Below, piece after piece: positions 27,338 through 36,182 of a stretch of DNA of 63,594 nucleotides. This DNA comes from an uncultured Methanosarcinales archaeon (GTDB lineage Archaea; Nanobdellota; Nanobdellia; Woesearchaeales; CAZPJY01): the NCBI GenBank assembly GCA_964587045.1, contig CAZPJY010000003.1:2079-65672 (forward strand), read 5' to 3'. The position numbers and the translations under genes are program-made. Position 1 is the first letter of the stretch, and each line of letters opens with the position of its first letter. Under the pieces are notes generated by a model, which saw nothing but the letters and a program-made list of their open reading frames with translations, was not told the origin of the DNA and did no database searches.

Positions 27338-28464
27338 GCGACCCATACAAAGAATTCAAAGACGTACTCCCTCTGAGCATCATCGATGAGATAAAAGCGA
27401 AGCTTCCCGACAAGGCTGCGCCGACCAAGATCAAGAAGATTCTTGAGATGGCTGCCGAGGAGTACCAGAAAGCCAAGGTAGACCCGGGGGAATGTGTGGG
27501 CCTCGTTGCCGCGGAATCCATCGGCGAGCCGGGCACCCAGATGACTCTGAACACCTTCCACCTGGCGGGTGTCGCTGAGATGAACATCACCATGGGCCTG
27601 CCCAGAATCATCGAGATCCTGGACGGGAGGCAGAACGCCTCGACTCCCATGATGGAGATCTACCTCAAACCGCCCTACAACAAGGGGAAAGACATAAGGA
27701 AGATCGCACAGAAGGTCAAGGAGACAACACTGGGAGAAGTCATCAGCGAGTTCGAGATCAACATCGCGGAGACGACCATCACAGTCAGGGTCGACAAGGA
27801 CAAGATGTCCATGATGGACACAAGGCTGTCCACGGTCCAGAAGCTACTGGACAAGAGCCTCAAAGGCTTCACAATAAAGGAGAAGGAAGGGGACATAATC
27901 CTCAAGGCCAAGGGAAAGGACTTCAACCTCAACGAGCTCTTCAAGTCAAAGGAGAAGATTAAAGGCATCTACCTCAAGGGTGTGAAGTCGATCAAGCAGG
28001 TCCTGCCTGTAAAACGCGGCGAGGAGTTCGTGATAATCACTTCAGGCAAGAACCTCGCAGACGTCCTGGGCCTGGACTTCGTCGATTCGGAGAGAACTTT
28101 CACAAACGACATCTTCGAGATCGAGAGGAACCTGGGGATAGAGGCCGCGAGGCAGGCGATAATCAACGAGGTCCAGAAGGTCATCGATGGCCAGGGCCTC
28201 AACGTGAACATCAGGCACCTGATGCTCGTCGCTGACACGATGTGTGCCAGCGGGACTATCAAGGGCATAACGAGATACGGAGTGGTGAGCCAGAAGTCCA
28301 GCGTGCTGGCAAGGGCATCTTTCGAGACGCCAATTCGACACATCATCAAGGCCGCCCTCATCGGCGAGGAGGACAAGCTCAACTCCGTCGTTGAGAACGT
28401 GATGATCAACCAACCGGTCCCGGTTGGAACAGGCCTGCCCGGGCTCGTGACCAAGGTAAGATAA
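27334..28464 (+). CDS. rpoA2: DNA-directed RNA polymerase subunit A''
   Basis: [17 protein letters not shown] trigger-loop region. ATGA overlap with rpoA1. Confidence 0.95.
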   Translation: MSDPYKEFKDVLPLSIIDEIKAKLPDKAAPTKIKKILEMAAEEYQKAKVDPGECVGLVAAESIGEPGTQMTLNTFHLAGVAEMNITMGLPRIIEILDGRQNASTPMMEIYLKPPYNKGKDIRKIAQKVKETTLGEVISEFEINIAETTITVRVDKDKMSMMDTRLSTVQKLLDKSLKGFTIKEKEGDIILKAKGKDFNLNELFKSKEKIKGIYLKGVKSIKQVLPVKRGEEFVIITSGKNLADVLGLDFVDSERTFTNDIFEIERNLGIEAARQAIINEVQKVIDGQGLNVNIRHLMLVADTMCASGTIKGITRYGVVSQKSSVLARASFETPIRHIIKAALIGEEDKLNSVVENVMINQPVPVGTGLPGLVTKVR

Positions 28465-28465
28465 A

Positions 28466-28756
28466 ATGGCAAAGAAGAAAGTTGTAGTCAATCCAGCAAT
28501 CGCAGAGATCAAGGATAACATCAAGAAAGGCAAGCTAATATTCGGCAGCGAGACCACACTCAAGCAGATGCGGACCGGCAACCTCACCAAGGTGTACCTT
28601 TCATCCAACGCCTCAGCGGAGCTCAAGGGCGACCTTGAGCATTACTCTCCGCTCGCAAACGTAGAGATTGTACAGCTAGACATCCCAAACGACGAGCTCG
28701 GGGTGGTCTGCAAGAAGCCGTTCTCAATTGCTGTGATAGGACTTCTTAAAGGTTAG
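28466..28756 (+). CDS. rpl30e: ribosomal protein L30e
   Basis: 96 aa. KGKLIFGSETTLKQMRTGNLTKVYLSSN...CKKPFSIAVIGLL. Canonical position after rpoA''. Confidence 0.85.
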   Translation: MAKKKVVVNPAIAEIKDNIKKGKLIFGSETTLKQMRTGNLTKVYLSSNASAELKGDLEHYSPLANVEIVQLDIPNDELGVVCKKPFSIAVIGLLKG

Positions 28757-28761
28757 GTAAA

Positions 28762-29181
28762 TTGACCAAGATAAAATACGACATAAGCCTCATCGAGTTC
28801 ATAAGGCTCTTCGACCAGATAACCCGGACCAACGTGAAGGACTGCTTCGAGGACCAAAACGGGCTTCTAATTTTTGTAGTCGAGCTGGGAGAGATTGGGA
28901 AAGCAGTCGGCAAGAAGGGCTCAAACGTCAAAATTGTGGAGAATAGGCTCAACAGAAAGATTAAAATAGTAGAATTCAATCCCCAAAAGCTGTCCTTCAT
29001 CGCGAATTATATCTATCCTTTGAAGGCCGTTCACATAACTGAGGAGGACGGAATCGTGACCATAAAGGGTCCTGATGTCCAGACCAAAGGCCTTCTCATA
29101 GGGCGCAACGCCCAAAACCTGCGCAACCTGGAGAGGGTCGTCCGCAGGTACTTCGAAGTCAAAGAAATCAAGGTTGTATAA
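28762..29181 (+). CDS. nusA: archaeal NusA-like termination factor (two KH domains)
   Basis: 139 aa. [18 protein letters not shown] and [17 protein letters not shown] are KH GxxG loops. TTG start. Confidence 0.85.
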   Translation: MTKIKYDISLIEFIRLFDQITRTNVKDCFEDQNGLLIFVVELGEIGKAVGKKGSNVKIVENRLNRKIKIVEFNPQKLSFIANYIYPLKAVHITEEDGIVTIKGPDVQTKGLLIGRNAQNLRNLERVVRRYFEVKEIKVV

Positions 29182-29618
29182 TGGCGAAGAAATCCAAAGG
29201 CATCAATGCTGGCAAGAAGCTCAAGACTAGGAGGCACAAATTCAGGTGGGCCGACAAGTGGTTCACCAAGCAGATTCTCGACCTCAAGAAGAAGTCTGAT
29301 CCCCTGAGGGGAGCTTCGCAGGCGCGGGCCATAGTCCTGGAGAAGATCCAGCTCGAGGCGAAGCAGCCCAACTCAGCCATGCGGAAGTGCGTGAGGGTAC
29401 AGCTCATAAAGAATGGCAAACAGATCACCGCATTCTGCCCCGGAGACGGCGCCAACAAGCTCATCGATGAGCACGACGAGGTCATAATCGAATGCATCGG
29501 TGGCAAGATGGGACGCGCCAAAGGGGACATCCCGGGAGTGCGCTGGCAGGTCATCAAAGTGAACAGCCAGTCGCTCGTCGCGCTCAGGAAGGGCAAGCTG
29601 GAGAAGGCTAGAAAATGA
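29181..29618 (+). CDS. rps12: ribosomal protein uS12
   Basis: [30 protein letters not shown] is the S12 signature. 145 aa. Confidence 0.95.
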   Translation: MAKKSKGINAGKKLKTRRHKFRWADKWFTKQILDLKKKSDPLRGASQARAIVLEKIQLEAKQPNSAMRKCVRVQLIKNGKQITAFCPGDGANKLIDEHDEVIIECIGGKMGRAKGDIPGVRWQVIKVNSQSLVALRKGKLEKARK

Positions 29619-30208
29619 TTAAGGCGTTCAACAGATGGAGCACCGAAGGCATCTCAGTCGCGGATACAGGCCTGGCAAGGTACATAAATCTGTCCCCTGT
29701 GATAGTCCCGAAGACAGGCGCGAGGTTCGCCGGCCAGAGGTTCCACAAGTCCAAGCTCTTCATCGTTGAGAGGCTTATCAACAAGATCATGAACACCGGC
29801 CACAGGGCCAAGAAGCACAAGATAACCTCCGGGCACCAGACAGGGAAGGCAAACCAGGCGTACGAAATCGTTGAGAAATCCTTCGACATCATAGAGAAGG
29901 TGTCCAAGAAGAACCCAATCGATGTCTTCGTCAAGGCCATCGAGAACGCCGCACCCAGGGAGGAGATAATCACCATCGAGTATGGAGGGGCCAGGTACCC
30001 AAAAGCGGTCGAGTGCTCTCCCCAACGCAGGATTGACATGGTGCTCAAGCTATTCACCCAAGGGGTCTACCAGAAGTCATTCAACAGCAGGAAGAGCGCG
30101 GCGCAAGCCTTGGCCGACGAGATCCTCAATGCCTACAACATGAATCCTGCATCGAACGCGCTTTCCAAGAAGCTGGAGCTCGAGAGGCAGGCCGACGCGT
30201 CCCGATAG
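29615..30208 (+). CDS. rps7: ribosomal protein uS7
   Basis: 197 aa. ATGA overlap with rps12. [29 protein letters not shown] is typical of S7. Confidence 0.9.
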   Translation: MIKAFNRWSTEGISVADTGLARYINLSPVIVPKTGARFAGQRFHKSKLFIVERLINKIMNTGHRAKKHKITSGHQTGKANQAYEIVEKSFDIIEKVSKKNPIDVFVKAIENAAPREEIITIEYGGARYPKAVECSPQRRIDMVLKLFTQGVYQKSFNSRKSAAQALADEILNAYNMNPASNALSKKLELERQADASR

Positions 30209-30252
30209 TTCTATCATAACTTTAATATAGTCGCAGCACCTAGTGTTGCTCC

Positions 30253-30624
30253 ATGAAGCACGATGACGAGCTGCCGTTCAGTGAGGCCCAAGACGGGCTC
30301 AAATCACTGCAGTCGAGGGTGAGAAGCCTAGAGCAGTCAATGGCTGAGGAGAGCAAGGCCGCGAGGAAAAACGATTTCACACTGCAGACCAACGAGCAGC
30401 AACTGTTCTCGCAGATGGAGGACATACGATCAGGCATAAGGAACATCAACAACAGTATCCTGCAGTTCAAGCACGACCTCAAGCTCGCCATCTTCACCCT
30501 GAGGCGCACCGCGCCGTCCGAGGCGGTAAGTTCAATCCAGGACAGAATCGACAGCATCAAGTTCGAGCAGTTCCTCAGATCCGACCAGGCAGAGCGGATC
30601 ATCCGTGACGTGATGAGAAAATAA
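30253..30624 (+). CDS. hypothetical coiled-coil protein
   Basis: 123-aa helical ORF directly after rps7. No motif recognised. Confidence 0.45.
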   Translation: MKHDDELPFSEAQDGLKSLQSRVRSLEQSMAEESKAARKNDFTLQTNEQQLFSQMEDIRSGIRNINNSILQFKHDLKLAIFTLRRTAPSEAVSSIQDRIDSIKFEQFLRSDQAERIIRDVMRK

Positions 30625-30652
30625 TTTATACCTGGTTCTCCTGCGCTTATCC

Positions 30653-31567
30653 ATGGGCATGTCGACAGTGGTGGCTTTCACACTCATCTTCATCGGAATG
30701 ATGGTCCTGTTCAGCGGCGCTATCATCACATACCAAAACGCAGTCTCGACACAGACTACGGCCATGCGGGATGAGGTTGACCTTCAGTATTCCAAGACAC
30801 ACGCCAGGCTCAACATCACGTCTGAGGGAGGTGTCAGGTGGGAGTACCTCTTTGTTACGGTCGAAAACAGCGGCAGCGTCGCCATGGAGGCTGTCGACCT
30901 TTATGTCAACGGTGAGCTGGTCCAGAGGAACGACTCCAACAGGACCGTGGCTGCGGTGCTCGAGCTCGGCTCTGCAGACCTGTTCGATCCAGGAGAGGTA
31001 TGGAACATCACTTATTACGGCAACTTCTCAGTGGGTTCGCACATCGTGAAAGTTATAGGGAGTTATGGTCCTTCAGACTCCTCGAGCGTGGCGCTCGGGT
31101 ACGAGCCTGGAATCGAGACCCTCAGCATCACCTCGGGGGTGTGGAGCCCCGCGAGCCCAGGACCTGCTCTCAACGCGTCCGAGCTCTTCGCAATCAACAA
31201 CGATGGCGACACAGCACTCCTGTTGGATGCCCTTGGCGAAGACAACATCGGACTTTCCGTCGAGAACCCCTCAGACTTCCCGCAGAACGTGACCAAGGTG
31301 CACATAATAGTGGACTACGACGCCCCCGGACTGGACGGTTTCACCTTCAGGGTCGAGGGGCGCGACGGCACCTATGACGGCGTGCTATTCTGTTTCGGAG
31401 TTTACAACGCCAGCACCGGCGAGGAGACGGTCACCCTGGACTGCGACGACCAGCACGAGTTTTCCGGAGAGGACCTCGAAAACCTTTACGTCAACGCCAT
31501 CAACAACGACGCGGCCTTCAACGTGAGCATCGACTGGATCAGGATCGAGACAGACTATTCGTATTAA
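30653..31567 (+). CDS. FlaF/FlaG-like (archaellin/type IV pilin-like N-terminus) protein with C-terminal extension
   Basis: MGMSTVVAFTLIFIGMMVLFSGAIITYQN is a class III signal/pilin-like hydrophobic N-terminus. VENSGSVAMEAVDLYVNGELV resembles the FlaF/FlaG beta-domain. No other archaellum genes are nearby. Confidence 0.5.
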   Translation: MGMSTVVAFTLIFIGMMVLFSGAIITYQNAVSTQTTAMRDEVDLQYSKTHARLNITSEGGVRWEYLFVTVENSGSVAMEAVDLYVNGELVQRNDSNRTVAAVLELGSADLFDPGEVWNITYYGNFSVGSHIVKVIGSYGPSDSSSVALGYEPGIETLSITSGVWSPASPGPALNASELFAINNDGDTALLLDALGEDNIGLSVENPSDFPQNVTKVHIIVDYDAPGLDGFTFRVEGRDGTYDGVLFCFGVYNASTGEETVTLDCDDQHEFSGEDLENLYVNAINNDAAFNVSIDWIRIETDYSY

Positions 31568-31606
31568 GGAAAAGATTTTAAAACTTCAGGAGAAGTTTTG
31601 GATTTT

Positions 31607-32236
31607 ATGCCCAAGGCGATAATCTTCGACTGCTGGAACACACTCTTCACGCATGACGTCAATTTCGAGTGTTTCGCGCAGCGGATAGGCCAAAGCTTCT
31701 CAGACTACAGGTTCCTAAAAAAATTCGAGAAGCACTTCATGCTAAAGAAGCACGACTTCCTCGAAGAACCGGTGAGGAGCCTCCTTTACGAGCTGGGAGT
31801 AGACCCATCCCCGCAGGTGGTGCGGGATCTCGTACGGGACCTCAATACCTGCTTGGCAAGCCAGCGTCCCTTCCCCGAGACCCTGGAAGTGCTTGCCAGG
31901 CTCAAGGAAAAACACAAGCTGGGCCTCATCACCAACACTTTCTCAGCAAGCTTTGATCCCCTCAAGATCAACTTCAGGCTTGAGGATATCTTCGACGCAA
32001 TCCTACGGTCCGACGAGACCTGCCTGCTAAAGCCTGACCTCAACATGTTCTCCCTGATGGCCCGCAAGCTCAAGGTGAAGAAGAGCGAGATGCTGATGGT
32101 AGGCGACTCCCTCAAGGACGACGTGATGGGAGCGCAGGCCGCTGGACTTAAGGCCGTTCTCATCGACAGGAGGAACAAGCACCCCGACTTCCAGCCGAGG
32201 ATAACCAGCCTTGTCCAGATATTCGAGCACATTTAA
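31607..32236 (+). CDS. HAD-superfamily hydrolase (subfamily IA-like)
   Basis: Motif I IIFDCWNTLF (DxYGT-like variant), LITNT, and motif IV MVGDSLKDDVMGA. Confidence 0.7.
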   Translation: MPKAIIFDCWNTLFTHDVNFECFAQRIGQSFSDYRFLKKFEKHFMLKKHDFLEEPVRSLLYELGVDPSPQVVRDLVRDLNTCLASQRPFPETLEVLARLKEKHKLGLITNTFSASFDPLKINFRLEDIFDAILRSDETCLLKPDLNMFSLMARKLKVKKSEMLMVGDSLKDDVMGAQAAGLKAVLIDRRNKHPDFQPRITSLVQIFEHI

Positions 32237-32240
32237 ATAC
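32229..32240 (+). promoter_or_regulatory. TATA box upstream of dph2-like gene
   Basis: CATTTAAATACA is centred about 27 nt before ATG 32262, consistent with a leaderless transcript. Confidence 0.4.
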
Positions 32241-32261
32241 ATGTCTCCATTCTCCCGAACC

Positions 32262-32948
32262 ATGGACATAATGCACGTCGAAGGCCGGTACAAGGGGGAA
32301 GTCAAGCTCCCCCGGGCCGTGATCGCTAAGCTCCCCAACAGAATCGCGCTGCTGACTACCGTGCAGCACATGGGCAGCCTTGATGCCATCAAGCAGCAGC
32401 TCGAGGAGTCCGGGAGGCAGGTCGTCCTGCCTGAGCTGGAGCACTGTAAATATCCAGGCCAGGTCCTGGGGTGCGCAATCGGCAAGCTAAGGGGCGACTT
32501 CGACGTCATCCTGTACGTCGGGGACGGCCGGTTCCACCCAAAAGCCCTAGCGCTCGAAAACGATTCTGACGTGATGGTATTCGACCCTTCGTCGCTCTCG
32601 CTGGACAAGGTCAGCAGCGAGGACGTATTCGACATCAAGAGGAAGGTGAAGGGGGCGTATATCAGATTCCTCAGCGCAAAGAAGGTCGGCGTCCTGGTCA
32701 CGACCAAGCCCGGCCAGCACGTGAGCGGGGCAGCCGAGAGGCTGAAGAAGATGTATCCCGACAAGAGGTTCTACACCCTCATCTCCGATGAGATCAGGCT
32801 GGACTCACTCGAGGATTTCCCCTTCATAGACATCTTCGTCAACACCGCATGCCCGAGACTCGCTTATGACGACTCCTCCCCAAAGCCCATAATCGACCTG
32901 AGGGAGCTAGAGAAGCAGGATTATGGCGAGCACAAAGCCCACGATTAG
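32262..32948 (+). CDS. dph2: diphthamide synthesis protein Dph2 homologue lacking the N-terminal domain
   Basis: LLTTVQH, YPGQVLGC, YVGDGRFHP and NTACPRL match Dph2 domains 2 and 3. Only about 228 aa. Alternative in-frame ATG at 32241. Confidence 0.65.
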   Translation: MDIMHVEGRYKGEVKLPRAVIAKLPNRIALLTTVQHMGSLDAIKQQLEESGRQVVLPELEHCKYPGQVLGCAIGKLRGDFDVILYVGDGRFHPKALALENDSDVMVFDPSSLSLDKVSSEDVFDIKRKVKGAYIRFLSAKKVGVLVTTKPGQHVSGAAERLKKMYPDKRFYTLISDEIRLDSLEDFPFIDIFVNTACPRLAYDDSSPKPIIDLRELEKQDYGEHKAHD

Positions 32949-33007
32949 GCCGACGAACAGGCCCGCCAAGAACTCCTTGAGTCCGTAGTGTATCTGCTGG
33001 GTCTGGT

Positions 33008-33262
33008 TCATTTTGGCAGCTGCGGCTTATTGGGTCCGGATTCTTTCAGCTCAATCCTGCCAAAAGACCACAGCACTGCAGCGGCACCGTAGAATATGGG
33101 CAGCAGGAGGAACTCGTTCACCCGTATCGCAAAGGCGATGTTTTGGTAGAACAGCGGCCTGACGGCGAACCAAATGGTGAAGTACAGCCCGATCCCGGCG
33201 CAGGCGCCTGCGAGGAACAGGAGCACAAGCCCTATCATTTCGTGTCGCATGAGGTTGCTCAT
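33008..33262 (-). CDS. small membrane protein
   Basis: 84 aa, three hydrophobic helices. ATGA overlap with the upstream ORF. Last gene of the RDD-sppA operon. Confidence 0.5.
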   Translation of the reverse strand: MSNLMRHEMIGLVLLFLAGACAGIGLYFTIWFAVRPLFYQNIAFAIRVNEFLLLPIFYGAAAVLWSFGRIELKESGPNKPQLPK

Positions 33263-33600
33263 CTTCTCTTACCCCCCTTCTTAGTCAGTTCCTTTCTTAG
33301 CAGCTTTATCTCATCCAGCTCCTCTGCAGAGATCTGCTTGAGCAGCTGAATCTCCTTGACCTGCTCGCTGATGACGATCCGAAGCTCCTCTTTTACGTCC
33401 TCGTTCGTCGCGGCTATGATCATCAGGAATATCAGGCTCAGCCACAGGAAGATGGCGTGGACCATGTCCCATGTAAGGCTCATCTCATTTGAGTACATGA
33501 TGTTGATAAAGTAGAATCCCAAGAAGCCGACGATGAAGCCTACAGGGAGGAGGACCCACTCGAACAAGTTAGCGTCGCGAATCTTACCAAACATCCCCAA
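33259..33600 (-). CDS. small membrane protein with C-terminal coiled coil
   Basis: 113 aa, two or three TM helices, then EELRIVISEQVKEIQLLKQISAEELDEIKLLRKEL. Confidence 0.5.
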   Translation of the reverse strand: MGMFGKIRDANLFEWVLLPVGFIVGFLGFYFINIMYSNEMSLTWDMVHAIFLWLSLIFLMIIAATNEDVKEELRIVISEQVKEIQLLKQISAEELDEIKLLRKELTKKGGKRR

Positions 33601-33649
33601 ACCACCTCTTTTAACTCAAACAGGACCCGGCAGGTATAAAAGGTTTTCG

Positions 33650-34531
33650 TTAGGTTACTACCCTTACACCTTCCATGACTCCCAGGTCTGGCTTCTTGGC
33701 TGCTAATCCTGTGAGGAGGTCATAGATTGAGCGTTCGACCTCGTAATTTACGATCTCTACTGAGGTGTTCAGCTGACGCTCCAGGTAGGCGACCGCCTCA
33801 GGCGTGTTTCCCAGCTCGTCAACAAGCCCCGCCTCGTAGGCCTGGTAGCCTGTCATGAAGAGTCCGTCAGCGATCGCTTCGACCCTCTCCCTCGACATGT
33901 TCCTGTTCTGAGCCACCTCGTCGACGAAGAAGGAGTGTATCAGGTCGATTTGCTGCTGGAACAGCTCCCGCTCCTCGTCCGTGATGTTTCTGAAAGGGCT
34001 GCCGAAGTCCTTGTAGGCCGCTGACACAAACCTCTGGTACGTCACGTTGTATCGCTCAAGCAGACCTGAGAATTCCAGGTAGGAGCCAATCACGCCGATG
34101 CTTCCGGTGATTGACATCCGGTTTGCGATGATGTGGTCGGTGGCCGAAGCAACCCAGTATCCGCCGCTCGCGCCTACCTCCTGGATGAGCGCTACAGTTG
34201 GGATGTCAAGGCTCTTGATGGCCTGGCCTATCTCGTCGCTAGCCACCGGGCTTCCACCCGGCGAATTGATGCGAAAGAGCACGGCCTTTATCTCAGGGTT
34301 GGCCTTCACCTCATCTATGAGCGAGAGGACTTCGGTGGAAGTCGTCCCGCCACTCCCGTAGCCTGACGAGAGGACCGTGATCGGGCCAGCGATATCGATA
34401 GCAGCCACGTTGCCAGTCCCGATGTCCTCGCCTGTGAAGTACCATGCGGCGACAGCGCTCGCCAGCCATATCAGCACGATTATGATAATCATCTTCTTCC
34501 ACACGTCCCAAGTGGCGTCCTTTTGTATCAT
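33650..34531 (-). CDS. sppA: signal peptide peptidase SppA (S49, 36K type)
   Basis: FRINSPGGSP, ASGGYWVASA and SITGSIGVIG motifs. I prefer the start at MIQKDATW (34531), which overlaps the RDD stop. The 74-codon upstream extension in the ORF track overlaps the RDD gene. Confidence 0.8.
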   Translation of the reverse strand: MIQKDATWDVWKKMIIIIVLIWLASAVAAWYFTGEDIGTGNVAAIDIAGPITVLSSGYGSGGTTSTEVLSLIDEVKANPEIKAVLFRINSPGGSPVASDEIGQAIKSLDIPTVALIQEVGASGGYWVASATDHIIANRMSITGSIGVIGSYLEFSGLLERYNVTYQRFVSAAYKDFGSPFRNITDEERELFQQQIDLIHSFFVDEVAQNRNMSRERVEAIADGLFMTGYQAYEAGLVDELGNTPEAVAYLERQLNTSVEIVNYEVERSIYDLLTGLAAKKPDLGVMEGVRVVT

Positions 34532-35016
34532 ACCCACCCCTTGAAGTAGTCCTGGACCACCCGCGTATTGCTCAGACGGTCCGACAGCCGGCGTTTGGTG
34601 TAGAACATCATGATAGGATCCACGATCCACAAGATCGCGAAGGGCAGGAAGGGCAAAACCGCCATGTTGCGCAGGACTGCCTGCCAGAAGGTAGGCGCCG
34701 GGTCGACGCGGATGTTGAGTAGCATCTTGCCGACAGTGCGTTGGGTCTTCCACTCGAGCAGCGTGAAGTACAGCAGCATCAGTATGCCCATGGCAAACAG
34801 GGCGCTGTAGACAGGGTCGCCGAAGGACTGCGCTTCCGTGTATATGGACGAAAAGCTTGAGCCCGCAGGGAAAATCTTTGAGAAGAACGCCCGGAAGGGC
34901 CCAAGCACGATGATGTTGATTACGAGCAGGTCAATCGCGAAAGCTGCCACACGCCTGATAAGCTGAGCGTCATCTGTGTCGACCTTGCCCCTGATTGACC
35001 TAAGGCTCTTTGCCAT
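34528..35016 (-). CDS. RDD-family-like membrane protein
   Basis: 162 aa. RRVAAFAIDLLVINIIVLGPF plus two more TM helices and a C-terminal RLSDRLSNTRVV, the pattern typical of RDD domain proteins. Confidence 0.5.
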   Translation of the reverse strand: MAKSLRSIRGKVDTDDAQLIRRVAAFAIDLLVINIIVLGPFRAFFSKIFPAGSSFSSIYTEAQSFGDPVYSALFAMGILMLLYFTLLEWKTQRTVGKMLLNIRVDPAPTFWQAVLRNMAVLPFLPFAILWIVDPIMMFYTKRRLSDRLSNTRVVQDYFKGWV

Positions 35017-35090
35017 GCAAATATGGAAGGTGGGGTGCTATATAATATTACCCAAAGTCTTATAAATCCAATGCCATTCTCACAGAGGAT

Positions 35091-35423
35091 ATGCCGCCTT
35101 TCAAGAAGCCAATGGACCCAGAGGAGGAAATCAGGAGAGTCAAGCTTCCGAGAGGGAACCAGACCTTCGCTCTTCTCGAACAGCGACTGGGCGCGAGCAG
35201 GGTGAGGGCGCGCTGCCTCGACGGCAAGACGCGCGTCTGCCGCATCCCCGGCAGGCTGAAGCGCAGGCTCTGGCTGAGGGAAGGCGACATAATCCTAGTC
35301 GAACCCTGGGAAGAGCTGGGGGACGAGAAGGGCGATGTCATCTTCAAGTACCGCAAGAATCAGGTGGAATGGCTCAAGAAGCAGGGGCACCTCGAGCAGC
35401 TCGACGACTTCGACGAATTCTAA
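35091..35423 (+). CDS. eif1a: translation initiation factor 1A (aIF1A)
   Basis: S1/OB core RARCLDGKTRVCRIPGRLKRRLWLREGDIILVEPW. 110 aa. Confidence 0.9.
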   Translation: MPPFKKPMDPEEEIRRVKLPRGNQTFALLEQRLGASRVRARCLDGKTRVCRIPGRLKRRLWLREGDIILVEPWEELGDEKGDVIFKYRKNQVEWLKKQGHLEQLDDFDEF

Positions 35424-35472
35424 CCACTCCGGAATGAAAAACTTTAAATATTATGCTTTTAGAGGACAGACC

Positions 35473-36012
35473 ATGAGGGGGTATTTCGTATCTTTCATCC
35501 TGATCATACTAAACGTAGCCCTGCTCATCGGCATGCTGGGCTTCCTGCCTGATGTCATTTTCTTCAAGGAGGCAATCCTGATCATTCTCATATTCATAGC
35601 TTCATTCATCTCCCTAACGCGGCACAACCCTGTTTACGACTCACTGCTGTGGGCGCTCACCCTCTTCAACTCGCTTTATGTCTTCGTCAGCGCGGAGAGG
35701 TGGCTCAGCGTCCTTCTGGTGCTTGTGAACATGGCAGGCTTCGTTTTCGCACTCTCGCGCTTCCCCAAGAGGAGGAGGCGTAGGCAGCTCATCAGCAAGC
35801 GCGAGCTCATCGAGAGGGAGCTCGAGGACCTAAGGGCAACCTACGATCTTCCCAAGAAGGGGCCCAAGCCTTTCGTCGGCAATGTAACATCCAAGAAGTT
35901 CCACGACAGGAGAAGCCCCTACGCAAAGAGGATCAAGCAAAACAACCGCGTCCTTTTCGACTCCCGTGAGGAGGCCATAGCCGAAGGCTACGAGGAAGTG
36001 CCCTGGAAGTGA
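35473..36012 (+). CDS. membrane protein with basic C-terminal domain
   Basis: MRGYFVSFILIILNVALLIGMLGF plus three further TM helices. C-terminal KKFHDRRSPYAKRIKQNNRVLFDSREEAIAEGYE. ATG lies about 25 nt after an AACTTTAAATATTA box. Confidence 0.55.
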   Translation: MRGYFVSFILIILNVALLIGMLGFLPDVIFFKEAILIILIFIASFISLTRHNPVYDSLLWALTLFNSLYVFVSAERWLSVLLVLVNMAGFVFALSRFPKRRRRRQLISKRELIERELEDLRATYDLPKKGPKPFVGNVTSKKFHDRRSPYAKRIKQNNRVLFDSREEAIAEGYEEVPWK

Positions 36013-36047
36013 AGTTATTTATACTAGCTCCGCATTGCCGGTACCCT

Positions 36048-36182
36048 ATGGATCTCAAAAGCGCTTTCTCGACAGCAAAGGCGATCGGCTCGCAGAACGA
36101 AGCCCGCAACGTCATGGTCTTCCGCATCATAATATTTGTTATAATAGCAGCGATCCTCATTTATTTCTCCATCCGGGGCTAG
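36048..36182 (+). CDS. possible 44-aa single-pass membrane peptide
   Basis: Hand-translated: MDLKSAFSTAKAIGSQNEARNVMVFRIIIFVIIAAILIYFSIRG. GTTATTTATAC box about 25 nt upstream. Below the ORF-track cut-off. Confidence 0.35.
   Translation: MDLKSAFSTAKAIGSQNEARNVMVFRIIIFVIIAAILIYFSIRG

Noticed and set aside
33650-34753. 367-aa version of SppA with a Pro/Gly/His-rich N-terminal extension.
   Set aside because: The extension overlaps the RDD-family gene in another frame and has an artefact composition. The signal-anchor and S49 homology start at the Met at 34531.
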